Positions 1-13,269 of a stretch of 64,000 nt of DNA are shown here, in pieces. The position numbers and the translations under genes were made by a program. The notes under the pieces were generated by a model. That model worked only from the letters and a program-made list of their open reading frames with translations. It made no database searches and was not told where the DNA came from. The stretch lies in contig NW_026867633.1 in the NCBI RefSeq assembly GCF_020745735.1, forward strand, positions 682,001 through 746,000, read 5' to 3'. The first letter of the stretch is position 1; each line of letters begins with the position of its first letter. The DNA is from Hemiscyllium ocellatum. Lineage: Eukaryota.

Positions 1-2240
1 ATCAACACAATTTCACCGAATGGTTCAAATGAATTGAGATCTTCATTAGAAGCATCTTGCAAACCAAATTGTTTATTTTTTAAACATTGTTTTCCTAAAT
101 ACCTCTCAAAAATGAACAGTTTCGGAGTACTTTGCAGGCAGAACACTTGAAAGAATTTCATTCTGTTTGGAATTATTTGTGGCACTTTTTAATATCCCGG
201 TTAAAGTATCCAATCGATGAATGCAACTGAAAACATCAGAGTCAACCTCACAGTACTGTCAGAGGAGGGGAAGATAGAATTGTCTCGCACGCTGCTCTTC
301 AGTAAATTCTCAATTTCAAACAACCCAATATGTGCAACCAGTGGGAATGTAAATGAAACAATTAAACAGAGCCCCGTTTCAACTCTGGGAATCTTTAGAA
401 ACTATGTGAGAGGGGAATAAAGGGTTGACTGACCGACTGAGCAACAACTGTCAAGGTACCTTCCCCTTCTTGCAGGAACAGGGACATGAACTCTGATGTT
501 CTCGAGGCATTAACTCATCTGAGACATTGAGAGCATTCCCATCAGAGCTGTTCCACTCTCGCTGTTATCAGTCACGAACAATAAAACCTGATTCTCTGAC
601 CAAGCACCCAACTCTAGCCGCGATGAGGAAAACACCCACTCTTAACCAATGCACGATAAGTGCTGCCTCCCAAGCTGTTGGATTGCTTCTTAATGGCAAT
701 GCATTTAGCGTTTTATTTACCAGGTCATAAGTTTGAACAAGTCATCGACTGTTTACAGAACGGAAAGAGGCCCGTTATCCAAGTTTTCAGCTCTTGGTAT
801 GTACCCTTGTGTTCCTAAATATTTCAAGCACTCGTCGCAATGCTATTGTCCAGTCACGTTTTACAATGTATGCGACAACAATTTAAGATGGATAACCTGT
901 GTTTACACTCCCTCGATGATCTGAACCCCATTTCACTTACAGAGGGAAACGCACAGACATGTTCTGGTGAAGTGAATGTGACCTCAGGAGATATCAGCCA
1001 GAAAGTAGGATTGCACTCAATTGGCTTATTTTGTCTCATTTCAGATTTCAACACCAGAGTCTGGTTACAGCAAAGAAATGAAGCATTCAGCCTTTCATTT
1101 GTCCATGTTCCTCCCCGATCTAAGCATTGAGCTACGGAGGCTGTGTGCCCTGAGAGAAGGATTCTCATTCTTTTGAAACTGAAACATAATAGATGATTGA
1201 ATAGCCCATGTATTAGAAAACAGTCGTAACAAAATCAAGACAGAACTGAAGGCATCATGTGAAGAAGGATGAGAGACTGTAATGCTGAATCAAACAGTTT
1301 CCAGGGTGAAAGAAACAGAGACCATCCCTGGAAGTCTCGTAATTTGGATTACGTGCTCTGACAGCCATGGCCTGCAAATCGTTAGCATTTATTGTTACCA
1401 ATATGTAATGCTGCCTTCTCCTTAAAAGTAGAATTATGATCTGGATATACAAACATAAATCGTGAAATTGTATTATTTTATTCCACATTTGGGCAGCAAG
1501 AATAACATGTAAACACTTAGATTATCATTAAAATTCAATATTAAAGCCAGTTAGTGCTTTCACAAAACTACAAAAGCAGAGGAAGAGCTGGGAGTTGCAT
1601 GACGGAAGGAGGCGACTGCTCCTGCTTTCAAACCACAACTTTTCATACCTTTTGTCCCAAGAACATGTGCAGAAGCAAAAAAACTGGCAAACTGATACAG
1701 ATTAAAAAAACAGAAAACGTTGGAAGCATTCAGCCTGTCTAGCAGCTTCTGAAAGAGTGGTAGAACTCAACACCATCACAATCTGATTGTATTTACTTTG
1801 TATTCACGATAACTAATGTCCAAGTCACATCTCATTCAGATATATTTCCTCATCTTGAAAAGGTATGCACGCTGTCAGTTTGCCATGAGAAACGGTTTGT
1901 CAATTAATTCAATACTGACAGGATTGCCGTTTAAAGCTGTGTGAAAGACGTGACAACCGGTCGTACCAGACAAAATAAGGTGCCACGTTAAAAAATGCGT
2001 GTTTCATTCAGTAAAGTGAAAATAGAATTGTTCATAGAAAATTGTGGTGAACTGTCTGGTGATTTTTCTTTGATGAGATAAGAAGAAATCTTCATGAAGC
2101 TAATCCAAAACGATCAGATAAATATAGATTAGCAAATCAAACGACAAACGTTCTGTGAGACCATTGTGTCTGAAATCTGGCGATGAAGGAATATAAGGGA
2201 TAATAGCAATATTGATCATAAATTGGCGGCGTGAAATGTT

Positions 2241-2370
2241 ACTGATGAAGTGTGCCTGCCTGAAACTTCAGTTTTCATGCTCCTCGGATGCTGCGTGACC
2301 TTCTGTACTTTTTGAGCACTGTTCCCATGCTGACTCTGATCTCCAGCATCTGCAGTCCTCACTTTCACCT
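2241..2370 (+). mobile_element. Penelope-like pseudo-LTR fragment with decayed hammerhead motif
   Basis: CTGATGAAG...GAAACTTC, followed by GCTCCTCGGATGCTGCGTGACC...ACTCTGATCTCCAGCATCTGCAGTCCTCACTTTC. The same repeat recurs at about 18536, 26920 and 36316. Confidence 0.6.
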
Positions 2371-3569
2371 GCGGGAAAGGGAATAGAGTCATCATTAACA
2401 ATTGTGTATTGAACTGGAAGAATTTTTCAAGCGAACTTTGACTGAACGTTGGGATGTGAAAGTTCTGGATAGATTAGTTTAGCCCAACAGCATTCTATGA
2501 TTGATCAGTGTCCCCAGCGCGCCCATGAGTTTCTCTGACTGTGTGGAGGACTAGTGCCTCCAGCTTGGTCCCTTTTCTACGCTGTTGGCCATTAGGCGTC
2601 ATTAGTTGTGTTGGGTACTGCAGCATGCAAAGGGCTACCATGATTGTTGAGCATGCGTTCGGCGAGTGATCATTGGAACGAAATGTTTTTGTCTCCAATA
2701 GATATTCGGTGAGTGAGGGCTAAAGGGGAGGGAAGCGCCAGGTGCTAGAGCCCAGTTAAAGGTTTCATGTTTGGTCATTATATGAATCTGGACCCAAACA
2801 CAGCGTCTCTGGGGTTGCCAATTCAGCCAAAGAAAACCTGAGTCTTCTTCCCAGGAACAGACCCCAGTCAGCCGCCACTATTCCTGGTTGAGTTTTATCT
2901 TGTTTTTTTGTAATTTATCAGGTCACTGTTGGTTTATCTATCTTTAGAGCTGAAAATAAACGGTATTGTTTGAAATCATTGCGGTGGTTCATGAGGAGTT
3001 GTCTTGTTGGGAGACGTTTGGCTGTGTAATCGTGACTGGGATTGATGGGAAAGTGTACCCCATGAACACCTCTGTCCCTCACCTTGTTGTAAATGTTTCA
3101 GAGACGGAAATAATGGAGCAGGAAGTGGAGTGACAGATCGCCTGAGCGGGATAGTAGGTCTCAGAAGTTTTGAAATTTGGCGTCATTCGTTGCCAATCCC
3201 TCAACAAAAACCCGACTCATTGTTTTTCTCACTGCTCCCCTCCTCCACCCTTTCCTAACACTCCCTCTACCCAGTACTACCAACGTTTTAAAGACGTTTA
3301 ATTATTTTATTCACACTATGTCGCTTTTATGAGAACATTCAGTAATTTGAGAAGTGGATTGAAATTGAGATACAGAACAGCCAGTGTACGAACCTCAAAC
3401 ATTACTTTGCACCTCCTCGAATTGCTGACGTTCGTATGCTAAAATTGCTCCCATATTGCGGTTTGGTAACTATTGACAGGATTATTTTTTTACATCTAGA
3501 TAATGTGTCACTGATACCTGTGTCAGTTAAAAACAATTGGTCTTTATATCCCACCTTTAACAGAATGGA

Positions 3570-5290
3570 AATATGAAAAATTAGAACAGGACTGGCTTGT
3601 TGTGATATTTAATCCTTCTTCGTAATTCATATGATCTTGGCTGATCCTTCCGCACAGTAACCTGCGACCTCTTTAGCCCTACACCTTTGATACCTCTTGC
3701 CCTCAAAACTACTGATATCGTCATCTTGTCAACATTGCACATTCTGGCTTTAATTACTTTCTGAGGCAGCAAATCTCACTGAGTAACCAGTATTTGATTA
3801 AAAAATAAATTCCTCATCTCAGTCTTAAATGGAGTACCCCATATTCTTAGAAGTGACGCCCTGGTTATTGAAACTCCTTGCAGCATTTATCTTATGTGTA
3901 CCTTTTAGAATTTTATTCCTTTCTGCGATATCTTACTTCATCATTCTAAACTTGAGTGATTTTCATCCTAACGAATCCATTCTGTCCTCATACGTCAGTC
4001 CTGCCATGCCATGGATCAGTCTGGTAAACCTTTGTTATGCAGTCTCCGTATGGAGAACATCCTTTACCAGATAAGGATTCCAAAACTGCACACAACCCTC
4101 TCCGTTGTGGTGTCAACAAGACCCTGCAGAATCTCAGCCAGTCTTCCCTTCTCCTGTGTTCAAATCCTCTAAATACAAAGGCTAACACACCATTTGCCTT
4201 CCTTAGCAGCTGCTGCGTCTGCATGCTTACGTTCAGCGATTCGTGTACAAGAAGACAATATCTCCTTTCCTATTTTAGTGTCGTAAATTTATGCTGGTTC
4301 TGATCAATTCAGTTAGAGTTTTCCATTGTTAGGCTAACTTTTCTGTCATTCCATGTTTTCTCGCTACTCCCTTTTATAAATAGCGGGGTCACAATAACTG
4401 ACCTCCAAGCCATAGATATTGTTTCAGAGTCGATAGAATGTTGAAATATGACAATGAATTTACTCTATTTCGACTCAAAACTCTAGTTACAGAAGGCCTT
4501 CGCTGCATTTAGGGTGACTTTAAGTACACTCGTGTTTGATTTGCAGTTTGTGGAATTTATTGTCTTTTAATCTCATCAATTTCCAAAACACCATCTCACT
4601 GATAATATTGATTTCCTTCAGTTCCTCCCTCACGTTTTCTTCCCAGCACTTTAGGAATATTACTTGTGTCATCATTTGTGATGACAGGACCAATATACAT
4701 ATTTCTTTGGTATGCCATATATTTATCCCACATTATTACATCCACTGTTTCTCATTGTAAGGGATTTGTTTTCAATAATCGTTTCTTTCTCCCTTCGTTT
4801 AACTTCAAGAGCTTTAACAATTCATTATTTGCTTCTCTCAAGCTTACTGTCAAGCGAGATTTCGCTCTACATTAATTCTTTCTTCATCTTGTGCTGACAT
4901 CTGAACTGCTCCCAGACTTAATGCCTGCTGCTACTTTCATCCACCTCGCCAGCCTCCTTCTTGAGTGCAGTGCTATGCCCTCATATCCCTAGTTAGCCAT
5001 GACATGGCCACATTCCCAGTTTTCTTTGTGTCTGACAGGAGTCAGAAGCAGTTGCAGTTCCTGCAAATGCTTTTTAAGTGCTTGTCATCCCTTTAAATTT
5101 TGTTCCCGATTTCGTTGTACTCTGCTCACGCTTCATATCAGTGTCATTTCTTCTATTTAGAGTTCGGCTCATAATCTCAGTCAGCTCTATCACTCTCCAC
5201 CTTAATGAAGACTTCTCTCACTGATTTCTGCACTCTTCCATGAGGGACCGCATACAGATAGATTGTCAATTATTCCTTTTCATACATAAA
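3570..5290 (-). mobile_element. CR1 LINE, degenerate ORF2 and 3' end fragments
   Basis: ORF 3988-4224 (LLRKANGVLAFVFRGFEHRRRE...) matches the CR1 ORF2 C-terminal region. The CR1 3' UTR-like sequence lies near 3580-3700 and further decayed ORF2 pieces extend to about 5290. Confidence 0.7.
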
Positions 5291-5423
5291 AATAAAGCTT
5301 TGAAATCAAAGTGCACGTATTCCCAGGTCTACTGTCTCATTAGAGAGAGAGAGAGAGATCACGCGAGTTGACTGATGGTGTTTTAACCTGAGAGTCATTG
5401 TGCCTCAGGCAAGGCACAGGATT

Positions 5424-5895
5424 GAGAATGTGGGTACTTCACTCCTCTCTAGCTCGAGGTTAATGCAGGTATTCGTTACACTCACAACCTAATCTTCCTC
5501 ATTGTCCTGAAGCCGAGATGAAGTTTGAACTTCTGATATACAGACATGAGAACCTCTTTCAGTACACGTCCCGGAGAACATTACAATGTCGCAGTGTCAT
5601 CTGAAGTGAGGAAGACCAAATATTCCCACACACTGCAAATCGGCACTTTTTAATTTCAAAGAGCCAACGAACCAATCGCTGTGGCTTCTCGAAATGATAA
5701 GGAAACAAAATAAATATCTCAGTCTCATGTTGGTTCATGGAGTGCCGAGGCGTGTACTGAAAGAGGTTCTCATGTCTGTGTATCAGAAGTTCAAACTTCA
5801 TCTCGGCTTCAGGACAATGAGGAAGATTAGGTTGTGAGTGTAACGAATACCTGCATTAACCTCGAGCTAGAGAGGAGTGAAGTACCCACATTCTC
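5424..5895. repeat. Near-perfect 145-bp inverted repeat (arms 5424-5568 and 5751-5895, 182-bp spacer)
   Basis: The left arm GAGAATGTGGGTACTTC...CAGTACACG is the reverse complement of the right arm CGTGTACTG...GTACCCACATTCTC. I found one mismatch by eye (GATATACAG vs GATACACAG). Confidence 0.95.
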
Positions 5896-6007
5896 CTTTC
5901 TTAAGAGGCTGGGACGTTGACTCTGATGTTCGTATATACATTGTTTGATTCGAAGCATTGAAAGTAATCCTATCACAGATGCCCATGATGTTGATGGTGA
6001 ACAAAAC

Positions 6008-6079
6008 GGCACTTACTGGGAATTGAACCCGGGCCGCAGTGGTAAAAGTGGCAGTTCAGAAACACGACACGACCAGGGA
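6008..6079 (-). pseudogene. tRNA-Glu-derived pseudogene
   Basis: The reverse complement TCCCTGGTCGTGTCGTGTTTCTGAACTGCCACTTTTACCACTGCGGCCCGGGTTCAATTCCCAGTAAGTGCC (72 nt) is colinear with vertebrate tRNA-Glu (TCCCTGGTGGTCTAGTGG...GCGGCCCGGGTTCGATTCCCGG). The B box is kept, the acceptor and anticodon stems are broken, and a T-run follows. Confidence 0.75.
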
Positions 6080-6912
6080 CGAATACAGTGGTCAGACGCA
6101 CGTAGATTGGCAGCTCTAAAACGCGTTGGACGCGTTCTTGGATGAAACAACTGCTTGACTGTCCTCATTCCTTTTTCCATCCCTTTGCCTTGTATGCCTT
6201 ATCATCACAAATACAGACTGAATGCCTCTGAGGGTTGTGTTGATTTCATCGCAATGAGTTGCAGATTTATCCACCACAATGGTGGCTAAATTATTTGCTG
6301 CTTATCCACTGAAAACTTTCTGCATCATACATTTAGTCTACACCCCTTGGTATTTGACCGAGAAGAAACATTTCTTTCAGCCGAACTTGCCTTAACTCTC
6401 ATTGTTTTGCACATTTCAATCATGTTTCCTCACAATCTCCGCTTCTCCATTGAGATTAGAATAGGGAAACTAATCTTTTAAAAAATCGTTTGCGGAATAC
6501 TGCATTGTATCCTTTTCTTGACCCTGATGTCCCAGTGAAAATTCTGAAATGCACACTGATCTCACAACAGCAGGTTATAAATTGATCGACTGATTGTAAG
6601 ATCCTAATTGTGAGATTGGGTCACGTTAGTCCAAGTACATTGACTGCAGCTGCACAGACAGAACAATGTCAATGCCAGTGCTTCATTGCCAAATGCCTCA
6701 GTGAAATTGGAGGATGGACCTAAAGCAGGGTTACTGATCGAGGGATGGAGAGAAATCTCAGAGAATGGGTGGGTTTGAATCCTGATACATAGAAAGCAGA
6801 GGTGTGAAAGAGCCTCATCACCTCGACGAATATTTTCATATTAGAAAAGATTGCTTCCATCCTGCATTTGTTAAGCATGTCTTACTCTGCACAAAACGGT
6901 AACAAATGACAA

Positions 6913-6984
6913 TACTGGAAGTCAAATTGGAGATGATCTTTCTGCTGCCACAACGCAAATCGCTAACCACTGCATGATACCGGC
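6913..6984 (-). pseudogene. tRNA-His(GUG)-derived pseudogene
   Basis: The reverse complement GCCGGTATCATGCAGTGGTTAGCGATTTGCGTTGTGGCAGCAGAAAGATCATCTCCAATTTGACTTCCAGTA (72 nt) aligns without gaps to vertebrate tRNA-His (GCCGTGATCGTATAGTGGTTAGTACTCTGCGTTGTGGCCGCAGCAAC...). The anticodon loop is intact and the T-arm is decayed. Confidence 0.7.
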
Positions 6985-8210
6985 ACCACATGGAATAGCA
7001 TGACGCAAAAATCAGTAAAGATAGTGGCAGAGGATATGTTAGGAATAGGACCACATGAACAGTAGGAATACTTGACAGACAGTGAGTGAGACATGCAAGC
7101 TCATGGTGGGTTGAATGGTTAACTTCAGTATCTCCAGAGCCGATGGATATTTCATCACTTAGTTTGTTGAAAGAGAAGATTGATGTACTTCTCCAGAAAA
7201 TGAAAGCGTCAGGGAATAGCTAAGGGGATTGCTGGAATGTATTTCTGCAAAAGAAATGCAGTTTACCATCGGCTACTTTACCAATTTCCTCATTCAAGGA
7301 AGTGAACACTGCTGTGGAATATCATATCGTTCCAGTTTTCAGGCGTGGTACAAGAAACAGTGTGGTGCAGCAGAGAAAACTAAACTGGAAATGTGGATGG
7401 GGATGAACTAATGGATATGGATTCAGTAGTGACATCAGTGAGTGTGAAGTATTTCTCTGAAAGTATATAGTCACTTGAAATGCCAGGGACTGGGAGTTCC
7501 AACGTTGTGTGGAACAGTTCTGTTGAGATGGTATACGTCGCATGAGGCTGGGAGCTCCAAACTCGACTGCAGCAGCTTCCATTGACACGAAGCAGAGAGC
7601 ATTGGGACATCAAGCTGGCATTTCCAACTTTTCCTGGAGCAGCTTCTATTTACATCTGCACGGAGAGAAACGGAGGTAATTTTTTCGCTCTCTGAACTTT
7701 CTCATTTGACGAAAGCTGCTCTGGGCAGCAAGGGATTTTTTTTTGCTCATTTCATTTTATTCAATTTCTTGTAAACTCGCGAGTTATACAGAGAAAATAA
7801 AGCGTACATGAAGTTTTGTTGATATTCATTTCTGGGATTGGCTCATCAATTGACTAGGCCATTATGTCTTTACCATCTGTATTTACCTGTAGACGGTGAT
7901 GTTGAGATGCCTTCCTGAGCAACTGCAACCTTTTGGGTGCAGTGACAGTCAAAGTGCAGGTGTGATGGGGCGTGGATTGAAATGGGCCGTGGAAATGTTG
8001 GTGTTCCCCTGCATCTATAACTCCTGTCCTTCCAGGTTAAAATTGTTCCGGGTTTGTTAAGCGCTGTTGAAAATGTTTTGCAAAATGATCTCAGTGCTGC
8101 TTGTATATCTTCTTTATATTTATATATTCATTCATGGGATGTAAGTGTTGTCTGTTGGGCCAACGTTATTGTTGGTTTTGAGTTGTCCCTTGGAATGTGG
8201 TGGTGAGCTG

Positions 8211-8740
8211 TGTTATGAAATAGGGTCAACGCTCCTGCTTAATATAAGCCAGCAACACAGAAACGATTATCCACTGCAGTAATGCGTGAGGATTCGAGGG
8301 ACCACGAAATGTTTAAAGTAAAAATTAACATTTTTATTTCTGAAGATAAATCTGAGAATAACGAAATAACAACCATTTACAAGACCTTCCTCAAAACTAT
8401 CTTTTACTGACCCGTTCTACAATACCAGTCCAATAAAACACACCGATTAAGACTTACCAAAAATTCAAGTTTTCAAAACAAGTCAGGTTTCAAATCATGT
8501 CTTCCTCCGTCTTATTTTCTACATTTTAGAGAGTTCTGTTTCACAGGTCACTGATCGATAACGGTACCATTAAGAGAGCTACTCCACTAGGCAGTCTGCA
8601 GCTGATTGCGTCTCGGTAGTTCTCATTTGTTCAAGTTATCCTGGTCTAATTTCTCCAAGGCATCGTATTGTGTGATTGGCGTTTCAAACGTTAATATACA
8701 AAATTCAAATTTGCGAATTTAAATTTGAATTCGTGTCTCC
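8211..8740. mobile_element. Possible solo/partial LTR
   Basis: Starts abruptly with TGTTA inside a SINE/LINE-tail fragment, followed by non-coding AT-rich LTR-like sequence. No clear terminal CA or TSD was found. Confidence 0.3.
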
Positions 8741-8792
8741 AGGCAACTCATCAAATAGAGCATCCGAACAAGTGCCAGATTTTGACACGAGT

Positions 8793-9542
8793 GAGTTTTG
8801 AGAAGATTTGTTGGTTAGTTTGAGGTTCAAGTCTTAGGTTTCCTCGCTGAGCTGAAAGGTTCGTTTCTAGACTTTTCGTCACCCTCCTAAGTAACACCTT
8901 CTGTGGCCTCAGGCGAAACACTGGTGATAATTGCTGCTTTCTATTTATATGTTTGGCTTTCTTTGGGCTGAGGTTGTCATTTCCTATGGTGATATCATTT
9001 CCTGTCGTTAAGTCATTTCCTATTCCTTTCCTCAGGGGTGGTAGTTCGGGTCTAAATCAATGTGTTTGTGGATAGAGTTCCGGTTGGAATGCCACACTTC
9101 GAGGATGTCTCCTACGTGTCCTTGTTTGGCTTGTTCTAGGATGGATGTATTATCTCAGTCGAAGTGGTATCCTTCCTTTTCTGAAAGTGGGTACTATTAT
9201 CATGGGGCTCGTTGGTGTTCATGTATCCTGCTGGCCATTTTTTCAGCCCGTTTGTCCTATGTTTTGTTTGTTAGAGCTCTTTCACGTAATTTTGTAAATG
9301 AGATTTGTTTTTCTTGTTGTCTGTATAAGGTCTTTCACGTTCATGAGCTGCTGTTTTAGTGTGTTGCTGATTTTGTGGTCTACCATAATGTCAAGGGTTC
9401 TGGGGAGCCTGGTAGTCATTGCCGAGATGTCTTTCACATAGGAGGGAGTAGTTAGGGTATATGGACGTGTTTTGTTTGCTAGTTTGGGTTGGTTGCTGAG
9501 TAACTGGCTGACTGTACTAATTGGACACCTATTCGTTTTGAG
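8793..9542 (-). mobile_element. Penelope-like element 3' part: GIY-YIG endonuclease relic plus pseudo-LTR
   Basis: The minus strand reads KTNLIYKIT*KSSNKQNIGQTG*KMASRIHEHQ...WHSNRNSIHKHIDLDP. A degenerate hammerhead lies at about 8866-8906. The terminus resembles that of the element at 51742. Confidence 0.85.
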
Positions 9543-9739
9543 TACACGTACAGGTGATTTTCCTGTGCTCTGCGAAATTTCTCTGTGCTGCCTCAGGAGT
9601 TGGTGAGGTTGACATTTCGTGTTTAACTCTGCTTACGTCTGAGGGTGCGTGTAAATGGAGCTGCACATAAAGAGGTTCGGAGTACAGAGTGGTGAGGTGG
9701 GAATAGGTGAACACTGGTAGACGGTACGAATTCATTAGT

Positions 9740-10180
9740 CAATGAGGGAATGAATCACTGGAGTGACTAGAATGAACGGTCCATGGAATGAATGAAGGCG
9801 AAATGGGGCTGGGAAGAGAGTCATGTGATGGGAAAGGAGGTTATTTGAAGTTGGAAATCTCAATGTTGAGTACTTCGAGCTGTACCTTATCAAGAAGGAA
9901 GGAAAGATGCCGTTCCTCCAATTTGTGGTTTGATTCGTGGTCGCAAAAGAGGAGGCCAAGAATGGTCGTGTCGGAAAGGGAGTTGGAAAGGGATAAAAAT
10001 GGATGATAACTGGGAGGTCAGATAAACCTGTGCGGTCCTGGCTGAGATGTTCAGTGAAAACTTCCTTCAGTTTACATTTGGTCGCCCCGAAGTAGAGGAG
10101 ACCACATTGGGAGCACGAGATGCAATAAATGAGTTTAGAGGCGAGGCAGCTGGACCTCTGTCTCACCTAGAAGGAATACT
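9740..10180 (-). mobile_element. Penelope-like element (second family), GIY-YIG relic
   Basis: ORF 9735-10166: SCLASKLIYCISCSQCGLLYFGATKCKLKEVFTEHL, i.e. xIY-CxxC-YxGxT of the PLE GIY-YIG domain. Confidence 0.85.
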
Positions 10181-10254
10181 TGCTGCCCGAATATATGTGA
10201 GGAGCGGTAGCGATGCCTTATCGTCAATGGAAGTCATCAGGATGGAGGAATCAT

Positions 10255-11040
10255 ATCGAACATCGAACATTACAGCACAGTGCAGGCCTTTTGGTTATCG
10301 ATGTTGCGCTGACCTGTGATACCAATCTGACCCCCATCTAACTGATACTATTCCATACTCGTCCATATGACTATCCAATGACCATTTCAATGCCCTTCAG
10401 GTTGACGGGTCTAATACTGTTCAAGGCAGTTCATTCCCTCCCCTACTACTCTCAAAGTAAATAAACTACCTCTGACATCTGATCAATATCTATCACCCCT
10501 CAATTTAAATGCATGACCCTTTGCGCTTGCTATCGCCATATGAGGAAAAAAGCTCTCAGTGTCCAGCCTATCTAAACCTCTGATTATCTTTTATGTATGA
10601 ATTAACTCACCTGTCATCCTTCTTTTAATGAAAACAGCCTCAAGTCCCTCAGGTTTTCCTCGTAAGATGTTCCCTCCATACCAGACAACATCTTAGTAAA
10701 TCTCTGAATTCTTCCCAATGCTTCCACATACTTCCTTTGATGTCGTGACCAAAACTGTATGCAATACACCAAATGTGGCTGCACCAGCATTTTGCACAAC
10801 TTTCACATGACGTCACCATTCCGAAACTGAATCTCTCTACCAATAAAGGTAACCATATTGTATGCCTTCTTAACAACGTTACCAGCCTGGGTGGCAACTT
10901 TCAGGGATCTCTGCAGCTGGACACCAAGATCTCTCTGCTCATCTCCACCACCAAGAATCTTAACATTCGTCCAGTACCCCGCATTCCTGTTACTCATTCG
11001 AAAGTGAATCTCTTCACACCCTTGCCCATTTATTTTCCAC
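10255..11040 (-). mobile_element. CR1 LINE 3' portion
   Basis: ORFs 10803-11042 (EQRDLGVQLQRSLKVATQ) and 10614-10799 (LVQPHLVYCIQFWS), with the CR1 3' tail near 10255-10300. Confidence 0.9.
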
Positions 11041-11964
11041 AAGTATCGGGATCATACATTCACGGCGAAAGGAGATAGATGGTGAAATAGGGCTGGAAGT
11101 TTTCAAAGCAGCATAAAGCATCAAAGAAACTTTTGATCAATTGAGGAGAAACTAAATGTCCAAACGAGTTGAGCTTCTGCGGGGTTCACTATGCCAAAGT
11201 GCAGTGGATGCTGAGACAGTATGTACATTTAAGAGAAGTTTTACAGCTTTCTATTTGCTTATGGGGTGAAACATGTGGAGAGAAGACAGTAAAATAGAGG
11301 TGAGGAGCATATTAGTGATGGCCCAGCTGACACGATGCTAAATGGCCTAATTCTGGTCCTATATCTCTTAACCTTATCAATGTATTTGAGAATGCACTAA
11401 CAAGAAGAAAAAAGTCGAGTGGAGAAATGGAAAATTTAACTTTTTTTAGAGGTTACGAGCCAGTTGGAAGATACATATACTTTAAACGTTCCTCTCCCTG
11501 CAAAGTTAAATGTTGGAAAGTTGACAACCCCTACTCTCACAACCATTTTGATTTTGCATTTCCCTCAAATTTGCCTACATATGTGTTCTTCCATTTCGCC
11601 CGGGCTTTTGTAGAGTTCTATAATAAACTACCTGCAAAGCCACTTCTGCGTCTTTTTTTTTGTTACGTTTACCAGTATGACTTCTATTGAGGAAATTTCT
11701 AAGATCCACCCTTTTGGTTTTGCTATCATCACTTCCCTGGTCAGGGTGATGTCAGATCAGCAGCTGATGAACAAGACATCCTCACAGCCTTTGTCCCAAC
11801 TGGAATTCTAAGTGGATAGTATTAAATAAGAGAGGCGATATTTTGCAACTCGAATTTGAGCTATAAATAACTTTTGTAGATGCATGTGGGGAGCAGCTCA
11901 AAGCATGTCGGCAAACCTACAAGCAGTTGCAACTTGTGTAAAACAAAGTATGCCTCATTTTGAA

Positions 11965-12195
11965 TCATAGAATCGAATTAAATAATCCCCACAGTGTTAG
12001 CAGGCAATTTTGCCCAACGCGTTCTCACTAACCCTCCAAAGAGCATCGCACCCAGACATACCACCGACCCTATCCCTGTCAACCTGCATTTGCCGTGGCT
12101 GAAGCATCTAACTTACTAATTCCTTAACACATTGGGTAATTTGACATGACCAATCCACCTCGCTTCCACATCTATGAAAGGTGGAAAGAAACTTA
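11965..12195 (-). mobile_element. HE1-type SINE, 3' part
   Basis: Shows a CR1-like tail plus the GGGTAATTTGACATGACCAATCCACCT core also seen in the copies at 17870 and 36800. Confidence 0.6.
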
Positions 12196-13269
12196 AGCAG
12201 TTATTTATCCCTCTTCCCGGTCAGATCCGCATTTCGCAACTGCGAACTGAAAATTTAAAACTTGCTCTTCAGGACACCCAAAACCTGAGGAAATGTCGAC
12301 ATCCAGACGTTAGTATGGATAAATTGTGAAGGATGTTCTGATGATCTCACATTGTAATCAGCAAACGAATTTTCTCACCAGCTATCCATGTATGTCCTGA
12401 TCATTCTGAAGTTGCAAGCCCGATCCTAGGCCTCAGGAATATGTTGTAAATTTACTGCAATCTATGACAGAATCTCTAAGGAACTGAATTTAGTGTTACA
12501 CTGTGAAAAATTGGACATGCGTAAACACACTGCACCCTCCCCCGAAAAAAATCACCTCATCACAATCCCCTGAGGTCATACGTTCAATTGTTTCTTTGTC
12601 TTTGCATTCATTTCAATAGAGGGACAAATGTTATTCTTTGTGTTGTCCATTTCCTGCAATCACACATGTGCGTAAGAATATCTGAGAATACAAACAAAGA
12701 ATAAAAGTAGAGGCTCTGTCCTTAGAGCTTGCTCTGCCACTCAATAAGATTGTGGCTGATAACATCACACGTGATCCATTTAATCTTTTCTGATCCGAGG
12801 GGTACTTGACTGGGTGGAAGTGGTGTAATATACAATGAAGGGATCCATGAAGTTTTTTCTTTAAACAAGACTCTCACTTAAGATAGAAATGAGCAATGTT
12901 TTTGTTGTTCTCTCATTGTTCTCAGAGTCTTCGGTATTTCTTCCTCAAAAGTTTTTGGATGCAAACCATTTTAATATTTTGTTGAAAGATAATCAAATAG
13001 CGAATGGATGAAAGAATATCAGGGTAGTTTGGACCTGATGTTAAAATCGCATCTGCCGAAACCATATTGAATGATTGAGTAGCATAGACGAGCAAAGTGA
13101 CCTCTCCTTGCTGTTTGCTGGTTTGCTAAATGAAACATCAATGTACAAATGAGACACACGATGGGGAAAACAGCTGTAAAAAAGCAGATTCGATACTGGT
13201 AAACGATAGCACATTTCTATTCATCAGCAGAACTCCTGGCTAAAATATTGTTGTGTTTATGGGCAAACT

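Noticed and set aside
1-1500. Short ORFs on both strands in unique-looking sequence (e.g. 854-1168 minus, 217-420 plus)
   Set aside because: No recognisable domain and stops in all frames. It might be a decayed exon, but I cannot support a call.
6768-6790. GGGTTTGAATCC B-box-like motif suggesting a third tRNA
   Set aside because: No matching A box or cloverleaf could be traced.
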